Of a stretch of DNA of 64,000 bases, positions 54,298-64,000 are shown piece after piece. The translations under genes were made by a program, and so were the position numbers. Source of the DNA: Eledone cirrhosa (Eukaryota); the NCBI GenBank assembly GCA_964016885.1, contig OZ024744.1:68324001-68388000 (forward strand). Direction: 5' to 3'. Below the pieces are notes generated by a model, which saw nothing but the letters and a program-made list of their open reading frames with translations, did no database searches and was not told the origin of the DNA. Position 1 is the first letter of the stretch. Each line of letters starts with the position of its first letter.

Positions 54298-54695
54298 TAA
54301 TTGTTTCTACTTTTGGACAAGGCCAGCAATTACCTCAATGCATTACTGTTACTTCATTTTTATCGACCTCCATAAGGATGAAAGGCAAAGTTAACCTAGG
54401 CGGGATTTCAACTCAGATCGTAAAGGGTTGTGACTCCATGCTGCAAAGCATGGCGTCCGAACCTCCACCGCCTTTAATTATAATAATAATGGTTTCTACT
54501 TTAGGCACAAGACCAACAATTTTCAGGGGATGGGGGAAAGTCGATTAAATACTCCAGTACGTAACTGGTGCTTTATTCTATCGACACAGTAAGGATGACA
54601 AACAAAGCTAACCTCGGCGGCATTTGAACTCAGAACGTAAAGGTACATAACTCTATGCTGCAAAGCATAGTGTCTGACGCCCAACTGATACTGCC
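54298..54695 (-). mobile_element. Two adjacent Nin-like tRNA SINEs
   Basis: Both homologous to 24422-24608, with short (ATT)n tails. Confidence 0.7.
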
Positions 54696-54934
54696 AAAAT
54701 AATGATGATGATGATAATGGTTTCTTTATCAGCCATACAGGGCTTACATTAAGAGGACAATAATGACGGTACAAGCGGGTCAGTGTGGTTTTTTGTGAAA
54801 GAAAGGTTTATAACGAAGACTAATAAAATAAACATTAAAAAAATCAAAAACTTAACTAATTCCCTAACAGTGGGGTTATATTTGTGTAGAAAGCCCACAA
54901 AAAGCTGCGGTAACTTTGACCGCTAGGGTAAATG

Positions 54935-55219
54935 CAGAGGCGTAACTAGGGTGTGGTAAGCGTGACACGTGGGCGCCACATAAAAGGGGCGCCACTTGGA
55001 CTTGGAGCACGTTCTATTAAAGTCAAATAAGCCTCATCGGGGAGTGAAAAAATAAAGAAACTCTTTCAGATGTACGATCTGTCTCTTATTATCATGGGTG
55101 AGAACACTATGGTGGCTGGATCATTAAACCATTTATATAAATAGGTAAAAATACAGTGTTGGGCGGGGGTGCAATTTCACTGTTTGCCATAGGAGCTATT
55201 TTTCCTAGTTATTCCTCAG
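54935..55219. mobile_element. hAT-like MITE
   Basis: TIRs CAGAGGCGTAACTAGG / CCTAGTTATTCCTCAG (13 of 16 match); 8-bp TSD GGTAAATG / GGTAAGTG. Confidence 0.75.
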
Positions 55220-55296
55220 GGTAAGTGCCCTCTCTCGGTTGTCCTCCAGTTTTCAGGTGCATACTAAGAACAAGCCATTTCACTCGCACCATGCTC

Positions 55297-55820
55297 TAGG
55301 TTGGGCAACTTTCAACAAGAACAAGGAAGTACTAACATCAAAACGAGTTTTCTATCATTTGAAGGCTAGGATCTTTGATACTTACATCCTACCAGTTGTG
55401 TTATATGGTCTTGACTGTGTTAATTGGATGAGAAGGTCACTTCAGAAGCTCTCTACATTCCAGAACCACATCATGAGACTTATGACTGGCAAGCGGCTCA
55501 GCGACCGTATCTGTATCAGTGAGCTGCTCAACATTACCAAATTTAGACCAATTACATCAATTGTCAAGTCAAGAGTACTCAAACTATACAGCCACATAAA
55601 AAGATCAACTCGTGGTGTGAGTAGGTTGTACCTGGCAGGAAGGTTGGCTGGTAAGAGAAGCAAAGGCCGGCAGCCAAAACGATGGATTGATAATGTCAAC
55701 TTATGGACTGGACTTGATCTTTGCTATCTAAACTCTGCTGCTGGTGATCGAACTTTGTGGAGTATAATATCTCATGTTGATGCGCAATCTGCAACTGGCG
55801 GAGTTTAGCGTCACAAGAAG
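55297..55820 (+). mobile_element. 5'-truncated RTE-clade LINE
   Basis: LKARIFDTYILPVVLYG, KRSKGRQPKRWIDNV; TSD ATGCTC at 55291 and 55821. Confidence 0.8.
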
Positions 55821-56648
55821 ATGCTCACCTCTCTTACCCACCTTTCAACAAACTGGTTAGAAGGTAACACTTCCATTTCCACCCTGATTCTTCTCTTCCG
55901 ATGAAACCCGAAAAAGTTAATTAGGGCTTTCCCGAGGAGGGGAGCTCCATGTCTTCATCTCCTTCAGGCGCATCCATCACATGACCTCTTTCACTATGAC
56001 CACCAGGCAGATGAAAACTACCTGTCCTTCCCCTCTAAAGGAAGACGATGAGGTGGTCTTCTCAATGGACTCAGCTGATAGCTGGCTCCGTCCCACACGT
56101 GACAGCAGATGTTCGATATAAACCCACAAGTCGGCAATGCTCTCACACTCAATAAGTACGTGCAGGCCTGTCCTGTTTCTTTGCTCTGCGTGTAACTCGG
56201 ATAGGGCCGGTTGACGGCACTTCCATACCTGTAGAGTTTATCTCTGACTGGTAAAGCTCACAGTAGCAATGTCAGGCCAGGGATTTCTGAAAAGTATCTA
56301 TGGCCCCGGAAAAAAGTCCCGTGGAAAAGCGTGGCTTACCTTGTGGTGACACAGTATGGTTCATTCGGTGGGTAAATGTTTATCCACTTTTGCACATTTA
56401 CACCGACCATGGTCGACCAAGACACTCTCACCAGTTTCTGCAATTAACTAAGCAAACGCCGTATCTTCTCTCGCGAGACGGGCTCTTAAAACCCGTTCCA
56501 AAATGTTTCTCTTCTACAACTCTTCGAAAAATTCAAATTCAAAATGGTTTGTTTAAAATGTTGAGGAGAAAGTGACAGACACAGAGATCAAGCTTTCCAT
56601 GTAGTACACATAGTAGCAGGGCCAACAAATGAACCTTCCCGATCTCTG

Positions 56649-56902
56649 ACAACAACAGCAACAACAATAACAACAACAACAACGACGACGACGACGACGA
56701 CGACAACAATAATAACACGACGACAACAACAACGACGACAACAACAACAACAATAACAACGACAACAACAACAACAACAATAACAACGACAACAACAACA
56801 AAAACAACAACGACAACGACAACGACAACAACAACAACGACAACAACAACGACAGCGACAACGACAACAACAACAACAACGACGACAACAACAACAACAA
56901 CG

Positions 56903-56935
<33 letters not shown>

Positions 56936-56995
56936 ACAAGGACGACGACAACAACAACAACAACAAAAATCAACATCAGCAACAACAATAATAAT
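56649..56995 (+). repeat. Compound (AAC)/(GAC)/(AAT) microsatellite
   Basis: Seen directly. Confidence 0.95.
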
Positions 56996-57092
56996 TTGTC
57001 AACCACTTTTTCTGTGGCGAAGACAAAAACGGCAACAACAATAATTTGAATGAGAAGCCGACACCAGTCTATTTATTGACTACACCCGATAT

Positions 57093-57358
57093 GTCACATT
57101 GATCACCTTGACCGACCAGTCTGTCGGGCGCCAATCGGCGCCGCTGGTCACAGCAAGTCGTGCTGTTTTAGCCATAAGATAACGCCATCCCACTGGCTGG
57201 GCGGGAAGGCCGGTACTCATTTCTACAGCTGAGTAAACTGGAGCAACGTGAAATAAAGTGTCTTGCTCAAGGAAACAACACATCACCCGGTTCGAGAATT
57301 GAACTCACAACTTTTCGATTGCAAGCAGAATGCTTTAACCACTAAGCCATGTGTCTTC
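57093..57358 (-). mobile_element. tRNA-derived SINE with 14-bp TSD
   Basis: A and B boxes; flanking direct repeat ACTACACCCGATAT at 57079 and 57359. Confidence 0.8.
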
Positions 57359-57372
57359 ACTACACCCGATAT

Positions 57373-59360
57373 ATAAATAGACAAAAATAATATGAACACC
57401 ACAGATTGTTCTCAGGGAATCAGAAAATGTATTTTTAGAACATTATCAGAGGAAAATGATGCAGAAGTTGAAAGTAATGTTAAAGAATCTACACAATTTT
57501 GGTCAAAACTATTGAGAATTGCAAAAGAAAATATCAAAGATATGAGATGGATAAATGGAGTTGAGCATAAGTTATCTTATGAACCAAAACAGAGATAGGG
57601 AAGAATTTCGAGAGAAGACTTTCAAGAGCATGTTAAGAAAATGCCAAACTGTAAATCTCTTGGACGGGACGGGATCCAAGGATTCTGATTGAAAAGATTT
57701 AAAAGTGTTCATTCAAGACTTGGAAGCCCCTAAATGATTGTGATGACTGGGAACTTTGCCACAAAAATTTTTTCGGTCACTTGCTTCAGAATCAGACGCT
57801 ACCTGTATGCAGGAAATAAAAACCTAGATGTTGTCAATATAAGAATAGGAATATTTCTAGCAGATTCCTTCTCATTATTGCTCTTTGTAAATTGCCATGA
57901 TTCCATTATCGATTATCTTACGGGATACAGATTATCAGATGGAAAACAGGGAACCTCAGATCAATCATCTACTAGTTATGGATACTCTGAAGTTCTTTGG
58001 TATGAATGAATCTCAGGTTGTCTCATTGGTCAAAACTGGTGTTGCGGGTAAATTGGGATGGAGTTTAGTATCGTAAAGTGTGCCACCTTAACTATGAAGA
58101 GAGGTAGGAATGTACATAGCGGAGGGATCGAGTGCTCTGATGGATAGTTGATTGGTGACTCTGGGGATGGGATTGTGGGTACAAATATCCGGGCATTTTG
58201 GAGCTTAACAAAATTCTAAATGAGAAGATGAAAGGAAATATGAAGGAAGTCTATTTAAATAAGTTAGGACTGCTACTGTAAACGAAATTGAATATAAACA
58301 ACTTAATTACCACTATCAATATCTGAAAATCCGCCTCTTCATTGCTGTAGTGGAGTCTGTGCTGCTGTATGGGTCTGAGACTTGGACACTGACCAAGAGA
58401 CTCACTCAGATGGTGGATGGGTGCTACACGAGAATGCTGAGGATGGCTCTGAACATTAATCAGTATACACTGAGGATGAAAAACTCAGAGCTGTATGGGA
58501 GCATCCCAAAAGTCAGCTCAAAAGTGACACAGAGGAGACTGAGGTTGGCTGGACATGCTCACCGACATCCAGAGTTGACATTGCACTCAGTGCTCCTTTG
58601 GGAGCCCCTACATGGACACACTAGAAGAGGAAGACCAAGGTTAACATATGTTGATGCCCTAAGGACAGACACTGGTCTGTTGGAGATGCAGGATATGGCA
58701 GCGATAATGAGGGACAGAGACCGCTGGAGAGAACTCGTCCATGGATCTCGGGAATTTTACCCGCCTTAGGTGAGAATATCTGGTCTGTGCCAGTTATTAG
58801 ATACAGAGCGGCTATTTTGAATTGGATCAAAGGGGAAATAGAGAAGTTGGATAGGCTAACGGTAAAAACATCGTGGACAATTGTGCATTATACCCAAACG
58901 CAAATATCAACAGGCTTTGTACACCACAGAACGAAGGAGGTCGAGGACTTATAAGTGTGAATGATTGCGTGGCTAATGAATGCAGGTCCTAAGGCTCGCA
59001 TTTGGTCAGTATTAAAGAAGAACTTTTAAGTTATGTTGCCCAAAAATAGAGTCCTAGTCATTGAAACCATTGAAAGTATAGAGAATTACAAACAGAGGCT
59101 GCGGGTTGAGAAACTGAGCACAAGAGAAATTATTGAATTACAAGGACAATTTGATTAAGAAACAAAGCAAGTAAAAGTAGGATCTTCAGGAAATTGGTTG
59201 AAAAAAGGTGATCTTGAGAGAGAGAGAGAAAGAGAGATTTTATTAATAGCTGCTCAAAATAAAGCACTAAACACAAACTCAATAAGGAATATGTATAACC
59301 CAGATTAACCAAATAGGTTATGTGGGAAGAAAGTGGAAAGTGTGACACAACGTGGGTTTG
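57373..59360 (+). mobile_element. Heavily decayed R4/Dong-like element
   Basis: Remnants IRIGIFLADSFSLLLF, VPVIRY..ILNW, NEGGRGLISV.DCV, WLKKGDL, AAQN.AL.TN. Confidence 0.7.
58326..58774 (+). mobile_element. 5'-truncated RTE-clade LINE nested in the decayed R4 element
   Basis: ESVLLYGSETWTLT, YTRMLR, RRLRLAGH, RRGRP; TSD AATATCTG at 58318 and 58775. Confidence 0.85.
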
Positions 59361-59849
59361 TGTAGTTTGCCCAGGGAGTTTTCTGAATTTAGATGCAATA
59401 GAAGGGCTTGTGTAGTTATCTCCGAGAGTTTTCTACATTTTCTTTTTACGTAACTGCCTATTCGTTGGATTAACGTTTAAATGACTGAGTATTCTACAGA
59501 CACGTGTACCTTGAACCGAATCTCAAAGCGATTCAGTGTAATACAGGGAGTGGTCAGACAGGATAATCTTAGAATACTGGTACACACAATTTTTGTTTAT
59601 CTAAATTCATGCATAATGCTTGGGGTGACTTGAAGATAGCTTACAAGACACTTACGCAAGATTCTCCGCGGTGGAACCGACCCCAGAACCCCTCATGATT
59701 GTAAAGCAAATTTCTTAATCGTTCGATTATGTTATTTTCACTCATACATTGGCAAACAAAACATCAAGACCAGAAAAAGTAAAAAGAGAGGAAGAGCAAA
59801 TATGCGAAGAAGAGGATAATTACTTTTAAAAAATGTTAAATTCTTATTA

Positions 59850-60210
59850 ATAATTGTTTCTACTTTTGGCACAAGGCCAGCAATTACCCCAGTGCATTAC
59901 TGGTACTTTATTTTATCGACCCCGTAAAGATGAAAGGCAAATCTAACCTCGGTGGGATTTGAACTCAGAACATAAAGGGCCGTAACTCTATGCTGCAAAG
60001 CATGGTGTCTGATTAATAATTGTTTCTACCTTTGGCACAAGACCAGCAATTACTCCAATGCATTACTGGTGCTTTATTTTATCGAACCTGTAAGGAGGAA
60101 AGGCAAAGTTAACTTCGGTGGGATTTGAACTCAGTACGTAAATGGCCATAACTCTATGTTGCAAAGTATGGTGTCTGACGCTCTAACGATACTGCCGATT
60201 CACAGCCTGA
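59850..60210 (-). mobile_element. Tandem pair of Nin-like tRNA SINEs
   Basis: Two head-to-tail copies homologous to 24422-24608. Confidence 0.75.
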
Positions 60211-60566
60211 ATTCTGATTAATAATACAATTGTTTTTGTTTGTATTGTTGTTGTTGTTTAGTCTGAAGCCATCTAAAATCGAAAGATATTCTGACAATGA
60301 CCATACAATTCATATATTTCGAGACAGTTCATCTCAGACAACATTAACCATATATCATTCGAAAGAGGGGATGTTTAATTCGACTGCTGTAATCTAACCT
60401 GTTATATAGAATGCCGTAAGGTTACCAATTTACATATGTAGCCTTTGTTGGCTGTATCACAAGCTACATAGTCCAGGGGCTTGTCTTTGTATATAAATAT
60501 AAATTAGAATTCGTTTTTGAATTAGTTTTGCGAGATTTCTTATCTGAAAACGTGTGTTGAAACAGA

Positions 60567-60901
60567 TATTGTTATACTTTCGGGAGTCATGCTGCCGATA
60601 AAAACACATGCACCTGTTGGTTTTCAGTTCAATTTATTATAAATTTCTGGTTGATTGGTTGATTGGTTCGATAACCGGAAAGTTGTTTATATATTGTCAA
60701 AGCTCTTTTTGTCACACATATCTAATCATTGAGGAGGTAACAGAATGTGTGATGAAAGAGCTTTGACAATATATAAATAACCTCCCGGTTATCGAATCAA
60801 CCAACCAACCAGCCAGAAACTTATAATACATTGAAGTGAAATGCAACAACAGGTGTATGTGTTTTTATTAGCAGCATGACCCTCCCAAAGTATAATAATA
60901 T
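60567..60901. repeat. Diverged ~335-bp fold-back element
   Basis: Arms ~60567-60719 and ~60743-60901; related to 32180-32577. Confidence 0.82.
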
Positions 60902-61369
60902 AAATTAAAATATAGCTATGAAATACGACGTTTGATAAAATGTACAATATTATAATTGCTATTAAATTTACCTTGTTTTCCTTCGTGTATTACCTCAGTT
61001 TGACAGCTTAATTCAATTCTGGAATCCCAGCATTCTTCTATGAGAAGGCTTACATATATGTACATTCAGTTTTCATTAATCATTTTGTATGCAAGAGCTG
61101 AGGGGATTCCAAATTTTTACCACCACAGTTTTCCTAGTTATGTTAATAAGTTAATTGGCATATTTAGGAGATTTATGTATAAGTTTGTTTCATACAGGAA
61201 TTAAGCAACGGGTTTTCATGAACTGTATTTCAGATAGTGACAGAAGCATGGGAGTATCTGTGTGACTCGGCGAAAAAAACATCACAAAGACGTTCCATCG
61301 AAAATACAATTTTCATTTTTCTCGTGGATGTTTACGTTCATCGACAATAAGCGAAAGCTATATGTATGA

Positions 61370-61400
<31 letters not shown>

Positions 61401-61437
61401 TGTATGTATGTATGTATGTATGTATGTATGTATGTAT

Positions 61438-62195
61438 GAGATGACCCCTTAGCCTTTGTCAAGGCAGAATTCTAGGAGAAGGAAAACTCTGATATAACAC
61501 CTGCAACCCTGATGGTATCCAATGATGTTGACTTGTTCTTCTTTTTGGTAAATATCATCTTGGTTAAGAGAGTGGGACTGGCTTTGTGCAGTGCCTTTGC
61601 TCACTATAAAATCTTCACAGCACAGGCATTGCTTTATATCTGGAGATCTCTCTGCACTTGTCATCACATGGTACGATGGGCCCAGCACTATGTCTCAATA
61701 ATTGTCACAAGTGTAGTGTTTGTACCAGAGTTTTCAAGTCACTGGCTGGACTAAAAAGTCACACTTGTTCAGCGCATCGGTAGGGGTTCTCCTACATGGA
61801 TATAAAGTAGTGGCCGTACTCGAAAACGAGTTGGCAGCTACCATGTATGTATGTATGTATGTATGTATGTATGTATGTATGTATGTATGTATGTATGTAT
61901 GTATGTATGTATGTATGTACAAAGCTAGTCCCACTCTCTTAACCAAGATGATATTTATAAAAGCTTCACGGCACAGGCATTGCTTTATATCTGGAGATCT
62001 CTCTGCACTTGTCGTCACATGGTACCATGGGCCCAGCACTATGTGTCAATAATTGTCACAGGTGTAGTGTTTGTACCAGAGTTTTCAAGTCGCTGGCTGG
62101 ACTAAAAAGTCACACTCGTTCAGCGCATCGGTAGGGGTTCTCCTACATGGATTTAAAGTAGTGGCCGTACTCGAAAACGAGTTGGCAGCTACCAT
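61438..62195 (+). mobile_element. Two 5'-truncated copies of the (ATGT)n-tailed element, within (TATG)n
   Basis: 61438-61842 and 61921-62192 match the reverse complement of the 50868-53495 units. Confidence 0.88.
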
Positions 62196-62214
62196 GTATG
62201 TATGTCTGTGCATT

Positions 62215-62700
62215 AGGTATTTCATTGTTATTTCCCGTTCCTGGATTGCAAAAGCCTGTCCTTCATAATGAGAGCCAATATACAGATTGTTGGTTCAAGA
62301 TAAAATATTTTGCTTATATAATTACACTCAGTTTTAAGCTTTCTGTCAATATAGCCATGCATGATTTATGATAAGCAGCTTTTCGTCTATGGTTCATTAT
62401 TGCGGTAATGCTGTGCAACTTTCCTAGGTGTTAATTTTTGGTTATCATGCAGGGAGAACTTTTCAAGAAGCTGCTTCCCAACTTTGATAATGTTATCCGC
62501 CTCTTGTAGACAGAATTTGTTTAAAGATTGACTTCTACGCTTGGTGGTTCGTTGATATTTTTGAAAGGATGTGATTCGACACTAACATGCTATTTTGACT
62601 GATGTTAAGTCTCGGCCTCCCTGTTTACGTTTCAGGTAGAGGCAGTCAATGTCACTGTTGATGTACAAATTTACAGTGCCGGCTAGAAAACTGCATGATT
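62215..62700 (-). mobile_element. Decayed R4/Dong-like fragment
   Basis: INSDIDCLYLKRKQGGRDL resembles the SDIDRLY.PR..GGRGL motif. Confidence 0.55.
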
Positions 62701-62754
62701 CAGATTAAAAGCGTCTATGGATCCGTATATAATATGTTGATGAATAATTAATTT

Positions 62755-62968
62755 TTTTTCTACTTTAGACACAAGGTCAGCTATTTGAAAGGAGGGAGAA
62801 AGTCGATTAAATCGACCAGTGCTTACTGTTACTTTATTTTATCGACACCGTAAGGATGAAAGGCAAAGCTGACCTCGGCGGGATTTAAACTCAGAACGTA
62901 AGGGGCCATAACTCTATGCTACAAAGCAGAGTGGTTGACGCGCTACCAATACTGCCAACCCACCGCTC
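62755..62968 (-). mobile_element. Nin-like tRNA SINE
   Basis: Homologous to 24422-24608. Confidence 0.7.
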
Positions 62969-63382
62969 TTGTAACTGCCTCTGTACAAATTCGTGAAGCT
63001 GGGCTTCACAGAACCAGAAAGATAGTTAGGCAGTTACAAGTACAATCCATTAATGGAACTGTAAAAATATACAAAACATTTAAGAAATTCTGCATGTAAT
63101 AACTGCATATACTCAGAAACCTATGTACGTGTACACGTACATCTGAAAGTTAGGTGTAGTTACGCAGTAATTATTTTAAGGTGTGATCTTACCACACCTA
63201 CCTCACTATCCGTGTCAGAGGGTTACAATACTCAGTGTTGAAATATAAACTATATGTTGTTTATTTATTATTTATTGGTAACATTATATGTGAATATATC
63301 TATATATCTATACGTACACGCATGTACACAGACACACACACACGCTTGCACACACACACACATAGACACAAGCACACAGACA

Positions 63383-63486
<104 letters not shown>

Positions 63487-64000
63487 ACGAAGGAAGTGTG
63501 GTAAGTAACCAGGTAGACCATAACAACGCTCCAAAGTACTCGATACTGGGTAGTACAGTGTGTAATGGGAAAAGAGTCGGCTGAGCTAACAATACCACGT
63601 TAGTTCAGACCTAGCTGTCGAAACGGCTGGAGCTCAGCCGTCGCGGTCCTGACGCTTTATATATATATATGATGGTTGGAAGATCACTGATGAAGGACTA
63701 ACTTTATTCATATGTAACCCATTAGCAACCACGCAGCACGTTTATTCTCATATTTACACATATTTTTTCCCTCGCTGTGACCCGTCTATTTCGTTCTTAC
63801 TGCTTCCTCTTTCTCTGTATCTTTACCCTCTCTAGCAGTCACTCTCTCTGTTAGCCTATTCCTCACCCTTCACTCACTCACTCTCTGTTACTACCTCTCC
63901 TCTTCCTCCTTCTTCCCGTTTGACCTGTGCGTAATTCTTTTCTTTCGCACCCTTGGTCAGGCAGGTTTCCTTTTTTTTCTCTCTCTCGTCTACGATTTCA

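Larger units (their letters stand above)
54712..56310 (-). mobile_element. Old Tx1 3' remnant interrupted by two insertions
   Basis: 3' UTR and ORF2 C-terminus homologous to 6446-7230. Confidence 0.75.

Overview
Repeat-saturated animal (non-prokaryotic) genomic DNA with no recognisable host protein-coding exon. The SINE families and very dense (TA)n/(CA)n/(TATG)n microsatellites resemble a cephalopod (Octopus-like) genome; this is inference. The first ~23 kb is a contiguous stack of non-LTR retrotransposons separated by five (TAA)n tracts. R4/Dong-clade RLE elements (one with an intact 1130-aa ORF) all lie on the + strand, and Tx1/L1-clade APE elements lie on the - strand, so two unrelated clades appear to use the same microsatellite from opposite strands. 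The rest holds Penelope-like remnants with hammerhead ribozyme motifs, many fold-back palindromes tied to (TA)n, an internally rearranged Helitron, tRNA-derived SINEs, and RTE fragments and a hAT-like MITE with target-site duplications. It also holds a four-unit tandem array of a (TATG)n-associated non-coding retroelement whose 5' end coincides with a degenerate HDV-like ribozyme fold. All calls are by eye; no database search or folding program was run.
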